In this document: one piece after another, positions 19,901 through 30,555 of the stretch
How positions within the stretch are numbered: position 1 is the first letter of the stretch
Layout of the letters: each line of letters opens with the position of its first letter
NCBI GenBank assembly: GCA_037139695.1
Contig: JBAXFX010000001.1
Span: 1-54,449, forward strand
Direction of reading: 5' to 3'
Length of the DNA stretch: 54,449 nucleotides
From: Candidatus Moraniibacteriota bacterium
GTDB taxonomy: Bacteria; Patescibacteriota; Minisyncoccia; Moranbacterales; UBA1568
Position numbers and translations under genes: made by a program
Notes under the pieces: model-generated
Told to the model about the DNA's origin: nothing
Seen by the model: only the letters and a program-made list of their open reading frames with translations
Databases searched by the model: none

Positions 19901-21568
19901 TCACCACTCCCCTTTCTCCGGATGACCCTCGACCGACGGGACGACTTCCGGATTGCGGCGGACCTTGGACAGGATGAACTTCCAGAGCGAGCGTAGTTCG
20001 CTTATCTTAAACCAGTTGCCGAGGAGCAGGAAAGTCCCGAGACCGAGAAGGGTTCCGAAACTGAGCTGGAGGAACACTTTGAGGAACGTGTCGAGTGGCG
20101 ACATCGTAAAAAACGAGAACAGCGTTTTCGAAAGCTGGGCAACGATGCCGGCCAGAATCGCCGACAGAAAGATGAGCGCATTCTCGCGGAAGAACTGCGC
20201 GTCGTCCCATCCTTCGATCCGCTTCCGAAGCGCGAGCAGGAGAAAGAGAAAATTTGCCGCGCTCCCAAGCGAGAACGCCATAGCAAGCGCATCGGTGCCG
20301 TATCGCGGGAGGAGAAATATCGCCGACCCGACATAGATAGCCTCGCCGAGGATCGCGTAGAGAAAGGGCGTCTTCGAATCCTGTATCGCGTAGAACGCCC
20401 GAGCGAAGAGCGGTATAAGCGCCTGAGCGAAGAGACTGACGGAAAGCCATCCGAGTACACCGAACGTTGCCCTCGTATCGTCCCAGTCGAACCGGCCGCT
20501 CCCAAGGACGACCCGGACAACCTGTGCCCGGAAGACGACGAACAGCATGGCGACCGGAACGACGAAAAAGAGGATGCGCCTCGTCGTACGGGAGAGCGTT
20601 TCGAAAAACTCCCCGTTACGCTTCTCGGTCGCGGAGAACGAAAGTGTCGGGAAGGCGGCAAGCGAGAACGAGACCGCAAAGAGTCCGATCGGAATCGCCT
20701 CGATGTTCGAGGCAAGCGAAAAGATCGCGAGGCTCCCGGACGCGAGCATGGAGGCGAAGACCGTCGTTAAAAAAAGACTCAACTGGTTCGCCGCGATGCC
20801 AAGAGTGCGCGGGATCATAAGCATCACGACGCGCCGGACCGGCCCATCGAACCGAAGCGGGTGACGGAAAAGCGCAGGGAAAAACTTCCGGCTCCGCACC
20901 GATGGGATCTGCACCGACATGTGCAACAACGCGCCAAGCGCGACTCCCCACGCGAGCCCGGAAATACCGAATATCGGCACGAAAACAGTGATGCCGAGAA
21001 TGATACCGGCATTATAGATGATCGGTGCGAGCGAATAGGCCGTGAAACAACGGAAGGTGAGCAGCATCCCACCGAAGACCGCGCTTGCCCCGAGAAACAA
21101 CGGGGAAAGCAGCATGATCCGGGTCAGTTCGACGGTCATCGCGCGTTTCTCGTCGGAAAAACCGGGCGCGAGTACCGTCACGATGGCCGGTGCCGCGATA
21201 ATCGCGATGATCGAGACCGCGCCGAGCACGAGCAGTATCCACTCCAGGACGCCGGCCGCCAGATCAAGCGCCTCTTTCTTCTTCTCTTTCGAGATGAATT
21301 CCGTGAAGACCGGAACGAACGCCGCCGACAGCGCACCCATCACGAGCAGATTATAGAGGGTATCCGGGATGCGAAACGCGGCATAGTACGCGTCGAGCGT
21401 GTCGCCGGCACCGAAATGGCCGGCAAGGAGCCGGTCGCGGACAAACCCGAGCAGCCGACTCGCGATGCCGGCGGCCGCGATGACGAATGCCGCACCACCG
21501 ACCGTTTCCGACTGTGCATTTGCCAGGTTCCGCAGGAAGGCGAATTTCTTCTTCAGGAAAGACATCAT
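19901..21568 (-). CDS. murJ: Lipid II flippase MurJ
   Basis: Polytopic membrane protein. 'ASRLLGFVRDRLLAGHFGAGDTLDAYYAAFRIPDTLYNLL' is the MurJ/MviN N-terminal signature. The start is placed at MMSFLKK (21568) to avoid overlapping the upstream stop; the ORF extends to 21631. Confidence 0.9.
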   Translation of the reverse strand: MMSFLKKKFAFLRNLANAQSETVGGAAFVIAAAGIASRLLGFVRDRLLAGHFGAGDTLDAYYAAFRIPDTLYNLLVMGALSAAFVPVFTEFISKEKKKEALDLAAGVLEWILLVLGAVSIIAIIAAPAIVTVLAPGFSDEKRAMTVELTRIMLLSPLFLGASAVFGGMLLTFRCFTAYSLAPIIYNAGIILGITVFVPIFGISGLAWGVALGALLHMSVQIPSVRSRKFFPALFRHPLRFDGPVRRVVMLMIPRTLGIAANQLSLFLTTVFASMLASGSLAIFSLASNIEAIPIGLFAVSFSLAAFPTLSFSATEKRNGEFFETLSRTTRRILFFVVPVAMLFVVFRAQVVRVVLGSGRFDWDDTRATFGVLGWLSVSLFAQALIPLFARAFYAIQDSKTPFLYAILGEAIYVGSAIFLLPRYGTDALAMAFSLGSAANFLFLLLALRKRIEGWDDAQFFRENALIFLSAILAGIVAQLSKTLFSFFTMSPLDTFLKVFLQLSFGTLLGLGTFLLLGNWFKISELRSLWKFILSKVRRNPEVVPSVEGHPEKGEW

Positions 21569-21575
21569 AGGTTCA

Positions 21576-24047
21576 TCATTTCGTGGAAAGCACCGCACCG
21601 TAATAGGCATCCGTCGACAAGGTCGCATCAAACGAAAATCCCTGCCGGTCCCGATTCACCCCGTCGGAATGCCAATCGGCATTAAACCGGTCCGGAAAAG
21701 AAAACCTGGAATGAAGCGTACTCCCGTCGGTTCCCGACTGTTTCTGAAAAAGAATCGAATACGACGACGGATCGGCAGGTTGTGGCGAGACCCTGAACGG
21801 GAGACGGTACGTATATTCGACCGTCACGCTCTCCCCCGGGCTCACATAGACCCAGTTCCCGAACACCGTCTTCCCGGTCTCTTCCGAGATGCGCGTACCG
21901 CCCGGATCGACCGTTGTCGTGGACTCTTCCTTCACCACGTCATCGTCACGCTTGAACCCGAGTGCGTCATAGTCGAGCGGAGCCTTCGGAAACTCGTACG
22001 TCTGTCCGGACGCCGAGACAAGCTCGGAACCCTTGGGAACGTATACACGCATATAGTCCGAATTCACCTTGTTGAACCAATCATATGGCATGCCTCCCCC
22101 GGTATGTTTCCTGGTTATCCGAACCGTGTCAAGGACGGAGCCGTCCGATTGTACGACAGCCTGATGCTCGATCGTCTCGCGTATCACGGCGTCGGTCTTG
22201 TATCCATTGAGGTTGGTATGGACCACGCTCAGGTAATCACGTGGCGTATCGAGCATCCTCCCCGACCAGCCGGCCTGATCGATCAGCTTTTCCACGTCCG
22301 CGTTCCGGGAATACAGCAAGATATCCTTCTCGTTGAGTGCCTGGGAAAACGTATTGGCAAGCGAAACCAACATGGACGCGCTCCGGAGCGAGAACAACCG
22401 CTCGAGCAGGACGGGCGCGAGGTCGGAAAGGATTCTCTTCGGTTGGTTGAGAGTATGGTCGTAGTTCTCTTCGACTTCCGCCTGAATCGCCTGTGAAAAA
22501 TTATCCGCGTCGATCGTCACGCCGTAATCCGGCATCTCGATAGGACCCGTTAACACAAGCAGGTCCCGAAGCACGTTCGGCGTAAGCGTGACGATACCGT
22601 CCACGGTCGGACCACCGGTCTTCTCATAGAAGAACATCGCTTTCTCCGCCGAGGTCGGAAAATCCGGCCACCAATTGCTGTCATGGAGGCTCCAGCCCGC
22701 ACTCACCTTCTGTATCGGCGCCGGCGGAACGATATTCTCCTTCAGCTGCCCGTCCGGATTGAAAATCCCATCAACAAAGAGCTTCCCGATGTGACCGTTA
22801 TCCACTTTCAAAAGGCCGTAGCTTCCGATGAACCCGCCGGTCGGTCGAAGTTCGGCGTTGTTCTGAAAGAGGAACAGATACACGCGCGGTCCGTTCGCGC
22901 CCAGGAGTTCCCGGACCAGATGGGAATTTCCGTTGAAACCCTCGAGCACTGTCGCGATCACAGGCAATTTCTCGCGAATGGAAAGGAAGGTCGCCCGCTT
23001 GTCTTCCGGCACATCCTCGGGGCGGACCCGGGCGAACGCCCCTTGTGCCGCCACGACTTCTTTTTCCGCCGTCGACGATCCCTGCTCCGCCTTGTCGATA
23101 AGATCAAGAAATGATACGTTGCCACTTTTGACGGCATCGGTCGGCGATGCAGGCAGAAGCTCGAGTATCCCGCTCATGGCGACCCCTGCCGCGGAAAGAT
23201 GCTTGGCGCCCTCGAGCAACCCCTGATCGGAAGCGACTGAAGAAAGTCCCGGGATAAATCGTGCCGCCTTCGCAAGTTCATTGCCTACAGCACCAAGCGA
23301 GTCCGATGCCGCAGAGAATGTCTTGTACGCCTCGGAAAAATTTTTCGACGAGCCGGAAAAGTTTGCGCTCGTCAGATCGTTCATCGCCTGGGACGCGAGC
23401 GACGCGCCCTCGATACTTTCCCCGAGCACCTCGCCCTTGATGACGGTCAGGCGATATGCCCCGAAGGCGCCGCCGCCAAGCACGAGTACGATCGCAAAGA
23501 CAATCGCCGTCCGACGGATAAGCGTATCGGAAACAGCTATCGGTATGGGTTGAAACCGAAAGAAAGTCGGCATCGAAAATTTCGCGTCCCGAAACGAGTC
23601 GTATGCGTCCGACAATCGTCGGAAGAACCCTCCCTTCGCCGACATCGTGGAGTTCGATTGTCTTTCCTGTTCCGGTTCCGGCTCGCATGTCTCGATAGCC
23701 GGTTCCTCATCCGTTACCGTATCCCACGGTTCTTCTTGGCCGTCCCGACTTTCTTCTTCTACGAAAACGGAAGGTCGCCCATCGAGCTCGGCATGAAACA
23801 GCGGTCGATAAATCCGCTCAGCGTTCGGGAGTCGTGTACTGAATTCCTGTTCGGCCGGCGTATCAAACCGCTCAATCACCTCTGATTTCTCGAACACGGG
23901 AGTCTCATCCATGACAACCTCCCCATAGCCCTCTTTGCGAGGTGAGCCGACGGCATCGATCCGCTCCCAATCCAAAGCACCCGACCGGTTGGTCGGTCGG
24001 ACATCGAACATCTGCGGGATAATATGCTTTCTCGATTTCGATTCCAT
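21576..24047 (-). CDS. DUF4012 domain membrane protein with a long acidic, disordered N-terminal region
   Basis: 823 aa. A TM segment around residues 185-205. 'YLFLFQNNAELRPTGGFIGSYG' matches the DUF4012 hallmark as I recall it. Confidence 0.7.
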   Translation of the reverse strand: MESKSRKHIIPQMFDVRPTNRSGALDWERIDAVGSPRKEGYGEVVMDETPVFEKSEVIERFDTPAEQEFSTRLPNAERIYRPLFHAELDGRPSVFVEEESRDGQEEPWDTVTDEEPAIETCEPEPEQERQSNSTMSAKGGFFRRLSDAYDSFRDAKFSMPTFFRFQPIPIAVSDTLIRRTAIVFAIVLVLGGGAFGAYRLTVIKGEVLGESIEGASLASQAMNDLTSANFSGSSKNFSEAYKTFSAASDSLGAVGNELAKAARFIPGLSSVASDQGLLEGAKHLSAAGVAMSGILELLPASPTDAVKSGNVSFLDLIDKAEQGSSTAEKEVVAAQGAFARVRPEDVPEDKRATFLSIREKLPVIATVLEGFNGNSHLVRELLGANGPRVYLFLFQNNAELRPTGGFIGSYGLLKVDNGHIGKLFVDGIFNPDGQLKENIVPPAPIQKVSAGWSLHDSNWWPDFPTSAEKAMFFYEKTGGPTVDGIVTLTPNVLRDLLVLTGPIEMPDYGVTIDADNFSQAIQAEVEENYDHTLNQPKRILSDLAPVLLERLFSLRSASMLVSLANTFSQALNEKDILLYSRNADVEKLIDQAGWSGRMLDTPRDYLSVVHTNLNGYKTDAVIRETIEHQAVVQSDGSVLDTVRITRKHTGGGMPYDWFNKVNSDYMRVYVPKGSELVSASGQTYEFPKAPLDYDALGFKRDDDVVKEESTTTVDPGGTRISEETGKTVFGNWVYVSPGESVTVEYTYRLPFRVSPQPADPSSYSILFQKQSGTDGSTLHSRFSFPDRFNADWHSDGVNRDRQGFSFDATLSTDAYYGAVLSTK

Positions 24048-24074
24048 GAACGGGTTTCTGTTTTCGTATCCGCA

Positions 24075-25193
24075 CTATCCTTCACACACCCGACGGTACG
24101 CGTCATATGTGGTGTCAGCCATGTCCCGCCATCGGAACATCGCCGCGCGTTCCCTTCCCTTCTTTGCCAGTTCCGAGACGAGACCGGGATCAGTCAGAAC
24201 AACTCCGACCTTTTTTGCAAAATCGTCCGGATCGTCCGGATCGAAAGAGAGAGCGGCATCACCGAGTATCTCCGGCAACGATCCGCGCTCGGCCGCAATG
24301 ACCGGAATCCCGAACCGCATCGCCTCGAGCGGAGGAAGTCCGAAACCTTCGTAGAGCGACGGAAAAAGATATCCCGCAGCGCTACGATACAAGCCCGCCA
24401 GCTCCGCATCCGGAACAAACCCGGTAAAGACGATGTTCCGTATTCCGGCCGACTCCACCGCACGCCTGAGCCGACCGTAGAAATAATCATCCTTGCCGAC
24501 CAACACGAACATGACCTCCCGGAATCGCACCGCCAAGGGAATGAACGCCTCGAGATTCTTGTGCGGGTAGGCGTTCCCCACGTACAGGAAGTATGGTTCC
24601 AGTATACCATGTTCCTCGGATACGGAGGAGCCGTCTGAGCCGTCGGCATCCGCCCCGAAATCGCACCCTTCGTATGCGACAATCGTCTTTCCCTTCGCCG
24701 ACGGAAACGCATCAAGGATATCGTGCTCCGTAAAATTCGAAACGGTCAGGATTGCGCGGGCTTTCCGGATCGCCGTGGCGATGGCCAAACGGTAGGCGGC
24801 ATACTTCAACCGATACGTATACCGGCTCCTCGTCGTGTTTCGGACCGTCGGAAAACGGAGCAGGATAAGATCGTGAATGGTCACGACGAACGGCCGATTG
24901 TAGAGAATCGGGACGTTGAAGTGCGGAAAATGAACCAGGTCGAGTCCATACTTCCCGAGAAGAAACGGGAGGAGCGCCTGTTCCCTGATGGAATACCACG
25001 GATAATCAGCCAGCACCTTTCGGAACTTTTTGTTTCCGGGAACATACGAATCGAAGTTCTCCTTCCGCAAAAACACAAAGAACTCATCACCCGGGTCGGC
25101 GACCTGTTCAAGATACCCGACGAGCTTTTCCGTATAGCGCCCCAGACCCTTGCCGATCGGCCCGTAGAAGCGCGCGTCGATGCCGATTCTCAT
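24075..25193 (-). CDS. Glycosyltransferase family 1 (GT4-type)
   Basis: 372 aa. 'FPSLYEGFGLPPLEAMRFGIPVIAAERGSLPEI' is the E-x7-E region. Confidence 0.85.
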   Translation of the reverse strand: MRIGIDARFYGPIGKGLGRYTEKLVGYLEQVADPGDEFFVFLRKENFDSYVPGNKKFRKVLADYPWYSIREQALLPFLLGKYGLDLVHFPHFNVPILYNRPFVVTIHDLILLRFPTVRNTTRSRYTYRLKYAAYRLAIATAIRKARAILTVSNFTEHDILDAFPSAKGKTIVAYEGCDFGADADGSDGSSVSEEHGILEPYFLYVGNAYPHKNLEAFIPLAVRFREVMFVLVGKDDYFYGRLRRAVESAGIRNIVFTGFVPDAELAGLYRSAAGYLFPSLYEGFGLPPLEAMRFGIPVIAAERGSLPEILGDAALSFDPDDPDDFAKKVGVVLTDPGLVSELAKKGRERAAMFRWRDMADTTYDAYRRVCEG

Positions 25194-25930
25194 TTCTTTT
25201 TCACGCTCACTTTCGCCTTCGGTTTCTCCTTCACCTTTCCGGCAGACGATTCCCCGTCACGTTCCAGGAAAAAGAGGACGAGTGCCTGCGTCGCGAGTGC
25301 CTCGAGCAGTCCCGGATCCTCTATCCGGTTCACGGACTTCGGGAAGAGAAGAAACGCGACATATTTCCCGATCATCCCCGGGGAACGGACGATGATGCAT
25401 CCGTTCTCCTCGGATATCTTCTTTTTCGACGAAATCAGCTTCTCGACCGGTATGGCGATACAGGCCGAAACCCTTCCGTTCCGGATCTCCTTCTCCACCG
25501 CGCCTTGCTCCGTGTCGATGATACGGATCAAAAACGCAGCCGACTTGCAGGACATGAGGACGGAACGTTCGAATGTCCGATAGACTTTCTTCGTCTCGCC
25601 ACGACGGAAATATCCGGCCGCCTCCGGCAGGGAAAGGACGAGTCCTTTCATAAGATCGAGCTTCCGATTCGTCTCACCGATATACGAATACGATTCCGAG
25701 AGGTCCTTCGTGATATCCGACTTCTCCCGCTGGAGGCGGAGTTTTTCCCTGACCTGACGAAGCAGGGATTTCTCCTTCAGGAAAAATATCATAAATCCCA
25801 CCCAACCGAGCAGAAAGATGATAACCGTTTCCGCCAGCTCTTCGGGCACCCCGAACACGCTCCCCGAAACGGCCAACGGGGTAGCGGATGCGACTATGAA
25901 GAGCATGAAAAATATCCAATACATCGCCAA
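25190..25930 (-). CDS. Hypothetical membrane protein (two N-terminal TM segments, coiled segment, Lys-rich tail)
   Basis: 246-aa ORF with a 4-nt overlap with the downstream GT1 gene, abutting the galU stop. Hydrophobic N-terminus 'YWIFFMLFIVASATPLAV'. Confidence 0.6.
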   Translation of the reverse strand: MAMYWIFFMLFIVASATPLAVSGSVFGVPEELAETVIIFLLGWVGFMIFFLKEKSLLRQVREKLRLQREKSDITKDLSESYSYIGETNRKLDLMKGLVLSLPEAAGYFRRGETKKVYRTFERSVLMSCKSAAFLIRIIDTEQGAVEKEIRNGRVSACIAIPVEKLISSKKKISEENGCIIVRSPGMIGKYVAFLLFPKSVNRIEDPGLLEALATQALVLFFLERDGESSAGKVKEKPKAKVSVKKK

Positions 25931-26818
25931 TCAGGTTAACGGAAGCCGCTTCAGGTAGGCCCGGAGCCGTTCCCCGACTTCGGGGTGCTTGAGCCCGTAA
26001 TGGATGGTCGCCTTGAGGAAATTGAACTTATCACCGGTATCGAGCCATTCCCCCTCGAGCATGCGCGCGTGGATCGGTAGTCCCTTCTCGAGCATGATAT
26101 CGAACGCGTCCGCAAGACGGATCTCGCCCGACTTCCCGGTCTCCATTTTCGACAATACGTCGAATACCTCGCGGGTGATGACGTACTTGCCTACCGCGAC
26201 CGCCCGGCTCGGCGCTTCTTCCGGCGTCGGCTTCTCCACCATCTTCTTCACAAGGATATCGCGCGTGCCGACCGGGTCACCCGCGACCACGCCGAATTTC
26301 GAGACGTCTTCCAACGCGACCTCCGCCGCGCCGATGATCGGCGTCCGGTACTGCTCATACGCGTCCATCACCTGCTTGGCAGCCGGCACCTCGCTGTCGT
26401 ACAGGCAATCCCCAAAAAAAACGAGTACCGGTTCGTCGTCATCCACAAGGTGCGCCGCCTGCAAGAGCGCATGTCCGTCCCCTAAGGGAGCCGATTGTCG
26501 GACATAGGAAAACTTCGCCAGCCCGGAAATCGAGCGGACCTTTTCGAGAAGATCGTGCTTGTGCTTTTCCACGAGCGTGTCCTCGAGCTCGTAGGAAACA
26601 TCAAAATGGTCCTCGATGGCACGTTTCCCGCGACCGGTCACGAAGATGATTTCCTTGATGCCGGATGCGACCGCTTCCTCGGCAAGGTACTGCACCACCG
26701 GCTTGTCCACGACCGGGAGCATCTCCTTCGGCTGCGCCTTCGTCGCCGGGAGAAACCTCGTCCCGAATCCCGCGACGAGAAAAATAGCCTTCTTGATCTT
26801 CATCGGTTCCCTACTCAT
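25931..26818 (-). CDS. galU: UTP--glucose-1-phosphate uridylyltransferase
   Basis: 'KAIFLVAGFGTRFLPATKAQPKEMLPVVDKPVVQY' and 'VRQSAPLGDGHAL'. Confidence 0.9.
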   Translation of the reverse strand: MSREPMKIKKAIFLVAGFGTRFLPATKAQPKEMLPVVDKPVVQYLAEEAVASGIKEIIFVTGRGKRAIEDHFDVSYELEDTLVEKHKHDLLEKVRSISGLAKFSYVRQSAPLGDGHALLQAAHLVDDDEPVLVFFGDCLYDSEVPAAKQVMDAYEQYRTPIIGAAEVALEDVSKFGVVAGDPVGTRDILVKKMVEKPTPEEAPSRAVAVGKYVITREVFDVLSKMETGKSGEIRLADAFDIMLEKGLPIHARMLEGEWLDTGDKFNFLKATIHYGLKHPEVGERLRAYLKRLPLT

Positions 26819-26921
26819 AACGGATACGCTTTAACGGATAACAGGGGCAATACCAGACACCTCTTTTTCAGCCCGGCTTCTCATACACAGTATACCATCC
26901 CCGTAAAATATCGGGAAAATC

Positions 26922-27719
26922 CTATCTCGCAAGCGAAACAAGCCGCTTGAACTCGGTATTGAATTCGGCGACGGCCTCGTTCACGATCGGATGGAACCGG
27001 CTCCGAAAATTCTTCTCTTTGGCATAGACCGACGCTTCCAGGAGCGAATCATGCGTCCCCGCGTCGAAATACGCCCCGGTGATTGTCCGAACATCGAGCT
27101 CACCCCGTTCGAGATACGCACGATGCATGTCCACGATCTCGAGCTCGCCGCGCTCGGACGGTTTCACCCGTTTCGCGATCTCGGACGATTTCCCATCATA
27201 GAGGTATATGCCGGGTATGGCGAAATTACTTTTCGGATGTCGCGGCTTTTCCTCGATCGAGATCACTTTCCCGGTCCCGGCATCGAATTCGACGACTCCG
27301 TAGCGCTCCGGATCCGGCACTTCCTTGGCAAACACCCGTCCGCCGGATACGAAACTCCCGATCGCCTCCGAAAAATCATCCTCAAAGATATTATCTCCCA
27401 AGATAAGCGCCGACGGTCCACCATCAAGAAAATCCTCGCCGAGAATGAACGCTTCCGGCAGCCCGTTCGGCCGCTTCTGCACCACGAATGAGATATTCAC
27501 CCCGTGCCCGTGAAACATCGACCCAAGCAGATTCAGATAGCTTCCCGAATAGTCCGGCGACACGATGATGAGGATATCGCGGATTCCCGCCTGGATGAGC
27601 GTATTGAGCGGATAGAAAATCATCGGCCGGTCATAGACCGGAAGGAGCTGCTTGGTAAGGACCGCGGTCAGCGGCAGGAGCCGCGTACCGGTGCCCCCGG
27701 CGAGAATAATGCCTTTCAT
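26922..27719 (-). CDS. rfbA: Glucose-1-phosphate thymidylyltransferase (short form) / sugar nucleotidyltransferase
   Basis: 'MKGIILAGGTGTRLLPLTAVLTKQLLPVYDRPMIFYPL' and 'GLPEAF'. rfbB, rfbC and rfbD lie nearby. Confidence 0.8.
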   Translation of the reverse strand: MKGIILAGGTGTRLLPLTAVLTKQLLPVYDRPMIFYPLNTLIQAGIRDILIIVSPDYSGSYLNLLGSMFHGHGVNISFVVQKRPNGLPEAFILGEDFLDGGPSALILGDNIFEDDFSEAIGSFVSGGRVFAKEVPDPERYGVVEFDAGTGKVISIEEKPRHPKSNFAIPGIYLYDGKSSEIAKRVKPSERGELEIVDMHRAYLERGELDVRTITGAYFDAGTHDSLLEASVYAKEKNFRSRFHPIVNEAVAEFNTEFKRLVSLAR

Positions 27720-27766
27720 ACAATGATGGATCAGGAATTATGGGCGTAGAACTAAAAACATACGGA

Positions 27767-29014
27767 CTATCTACGGTAGATCGGAAATGACTTGCAGAGC
27801 GTCTTCACCTCCTTGCGGATGGCGCCGAGGACCCGTTTCTTCCCGCCGGAACGGAGTGCCCGGTCGATCCACCCGGCGATTTGTCGCATCTCTCCCTCTT
27901 TCATACCGCGGGTCGTCACGGCCGGCACGCCGATGCGGATGCCCGACGGGTCAAGCGGACCGCGCGGATCGTCCGGCAACACATTCTTGTTCACGGTGAT
28001 ACCCGAAAGGTCGAGCCACGCTTCCGCTTCCTTGCCAGTCACGTTCCGACTCTTCACGGTGTCGATGAGGAGCATGTGATTCTCGGTCTTGCCGAAGACG
28101 ATCTCGTATCCGAGCGAGACGAATTCCGCTTCGAGTACCTTGGCATTATCAAGTATCTGACGCGCATAGACCCGAAATTCCGGCAAGAGCGCCTCACCGA
28201 ACGCCACCGCCTTGGCGAGCACCATATGCATGTGCGGACCGCCCTGCACACCGGGGAACACCGCCTTGTCTATCGCCTTCGCGAATGGTTCCTTGCACAA
28301 GATGAGTCCCCCACGAGGACCGCGGAGCGTCTTGTGCGTGGTCGCGGTAACGATGTCGAAATGCGGCACCGGATTCGGAAGCGCCTTACCCGCGATCATC
28401 CCCGCGATATGTGCCATGTCCATCATGGAAATCGCTCCGACCTTTTTCGCGATCGCGGTGAAGCGTTCGTAATCGAGCTGACGCGTGTACGACGAAAACC
28501 CGGCGAGCATGAGTTTGGGCCGTTCCGCCTCCGCGAGCGCCTCAAGCTTGTCATAGTCGATCGTGCCGTCAGCCTCCGTCTTGTACCGCACGAAACGATA
28601 CACCTTTGCCGGGAGCGTGACCGGATGCCCGTGTGTCAAATGTCCCCCGTGCGAGAGATCCATCCCGAGCACGGTGTCGCCGGGAGCGAGGAGCGCCGCG
28701 TACGCCGCGAGGTTGGCCGAAGCTCCGGAAAGCGGCTGCACGTTCGCATGTTCCGCCCCGAAAAGTTCCTTCACCCGGTCGATGGCGAGTGTCTCGATGA
28801 TATCGGTGAATTCCTGCCCGCCGTAATAGCGCTTGCCAGGATACCCTTCGGAATACTTGTTCGTGAAGACCGATCCGAGTGCGTCGAGCACCGCGGGAGA
28901 GACGGTGTTCTCCGACGCGATAAGCTCGAGTCCCTGTTCCTCGCGCTTCATCTCCCCTCGAAGCGCATCATACGCCACCTTGTCGGATTCCTTCAATGAT
29001 CGATAGGTATTCAT
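27767..29014 (-). CDS. glyA: Serine hydroxymethyltransferase
   Basis: 'LELIASENTVSPAVLDALGSVFTNKYSEGYPGKRYYGG' and the PLP site 'VTATTHKTLRGPRGG'. Confidence 0.95.
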   Translation of the reverse strand: MNTYRSLKESDKVAYDALRGEMKREEQGLELIASENTVSPAVLDALGSVFTNKYSEGYPGKRYYGGQEFTDIIETLAIDRVKELFGAEHANVQPLSGASANLAAYAALLAPGDTVLGMDLSHGGHLTHGHPVTLPAKVYRFVRYKTEADGTIDYDKLEALAEAERPKLMLAGFSSYTRQLDYERFTAIAKKVGAISMMDMAHIAGMIAGKALPNPVPHFDIVTATTHKTLRGPRGGLILCKEPFAKAIDKAVFPGVQGGPHMHMVLAKAVAFGEALLPEFRVYARQILDNAKVLEAEFVSLGYEIVFGKTENHMLLIDTVKSRNVTGKEAEAWLDLSGITVNKNVLPDDPRGPLDPSGIRIGVPAVTTRGMKEGEMRQIAGWIDRALRSGGKKRVLGAIRKEVKTLCKSFPIYRR

Positions 29015-29107
29015 AAGTTCTATATTATTCGTTATGAGAGTCTTTGTTGAATAATTTATGAAAAGTGCTTTATATAAGCCAAAAAACTGATTTATTCAAC
29101 AACACCG

Positions 29108-30013
29108 TTATAAGATGACATTTTGCTCGGCAAAATCAGTAAGCGCGTCACGGAGATTCCGAAGTTTCGGTCGTTTGGTATTACGCAAGGTCGAGTCCTT
29201 GGGCCGTCGCGCCGGTCGCGGGAACGCGTCGCCAGGTACCGCGGTTACCTCCGCCTTGATACCGGAAATCGTGAAATATTCCACGAGCGCCCCATACCAT
29301 GTGGCCGAACCCTCATTAACCAGATGGTACACCCCGGACGGAGCGCTATCAAGCACGAGCGCATACGTCGCGGCAGCCAGATCCGGCGCAAAAGTAAAGC
29401 AGCCATTCTCATCGTCCACTGCCGAAACTACTCCTCGTTCCTTCGCAACGGCCGCCATCTTCGCAAAAAAACTCTCCTTCCCACCAGCTGACAATGCCGG
29501 CGCACCGAAAAGTTTTGAGAGACGAATAATATAATACATCCCGCCGACCGCTGCAACGGACCGCTCCCCGCCCAACTTACTTTCGCCATACTTCGAAACT
29601 GGGCACGGCTTGGCATCCTCGGCATACCCATCGCTGTGTTGTTCCCCGTCAAAAACATAATCTGTCGAATAGTGCACAAAAACCGCACCGATTTCTTTTG
29701 CAACTACTGCAAGCTCGCCCGGCACTTCAGCGTTCAGTCGCCAGGCCTTCTTCGCTTCCGCCACGTCCGATTCACAGAGGTCTACGGCATTATACCCAAC
29801 GGCATTGATAATGATGTCCGGCGCAAGCGTGGCAATCTTCTCGCGCGCGGCAGCCAGATCCGTCACATCAATCTCGCTAAAATCCCATCCCGTCACATCG
29901 TGTCCGCCCTCGACAAAGACGCGAACCAGCTCTTGCCCTAGCATCCCCTTCGCCCCAAGTATGAGTATTCTTTTCTGCATATCATTCATGTTTATCCGTT
30001 CGTTCGTTTCCAC
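29108..30013 (-). CDS. rfbD: dTDP-4-dehydrorhamnose reductase
   Basis: 'ILILGAKGMLGQEL', 'IINAVGYNAVDLCE' and 'VHYSTDYVFDG'. Confidence 0.85.
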   Translation of the reverse strand: METNERINMNDMQKRILILGAKGMLGQELVRVFVEGGHDVTGWDFSEIDVTDLAAAREKIATLAPDIIINAVGYNAVDLCESDVAEAKKAWRLNAEVPGELAVVAKEIGAVFVHYSTDYVFDGEQHSDGYAEDAKPCPVSKYGESKLGGERSVAAVGGMYYIIRLSKLFGAPALSAGGKESFFAKMAAVAKERGVVSAVDDENGCFTFAPDLAAATYALVLDSAPSGVYHLVNEGSATWYGALVEYFTISGIKAEVTAVPGDAFPRPARRPKDSTLRNTKRPKLRNLRDALTDFAEQNVIL

Positions 30014-30555
30014 TGCTCGTAGAGCGTGAATGCCGCGAGAAAGAACCCCGTCTGCACCCGTTCCGATCCGATATAGTTTCGGATGTCATCGGGCGACATT
30101 CGGGAGGTCACGATATCTTCCGAACCATCGAGCTCCGGCTCCCCTTCGGTAAGGTCGCGTGCGAGAAAGATATGCCCCCGCTCATCGGTCAGGCCGGCGC
30201 TCGGATACACGATGCCGAGTTCTTCCCACCTTTCCGCGACGATTCCGGTCTCCTCCCGCAATTCCCGTTTGGCGGCTTCCACTGGTTCCTCGCCTTTTTC
30301 TATCATTCCGGCGGGAAATTCATACAGCCTTCGCCCGATGACGTATCTCATCTGTTGTGCGAGCACGAGGTTCCCCTGGGCGTCTTCCGCGACGATGACC
30401 GCCGCCCTGGCGCGCTCTACCACGAAATATTCTCCGGGCTTCCCGTCCGGACGGATGACCGTATCCTTGCGCACCGAAAACCAGGGATTCTTGTACGCCT
30501 GTTCCGATCCGGTCGTGGTCCATCCTTCGATTCCGTTCATAGCCTGTTCATGCAT
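29992..30555 (-). CDS. NUDIX hydrolase (ADP-ribose pyrophosphatase-like)
   Basis: Nudix box 'GMIEKGEEPVEAAKRELREETGI'. Overlaps both neighbouring genes. Confidence 0.85.
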   Translation of the reverse strand: MHEQAMNGIEGWTTTGSEQAYKNPWFSVRKDTVIRPDGKPGEYFVVERARAAVIVAEDAQGNLVLAQQMRYVIGRRLYEFPAGMIEKGEEPVEAAKRELREETGIVAERWEELGIVYPSAGLTDERGHIFLARDLTEGEPELDGSEDIVTSRMSPDDIRNYIGSERVQTGFFLAAFTLYEQWKRTNG

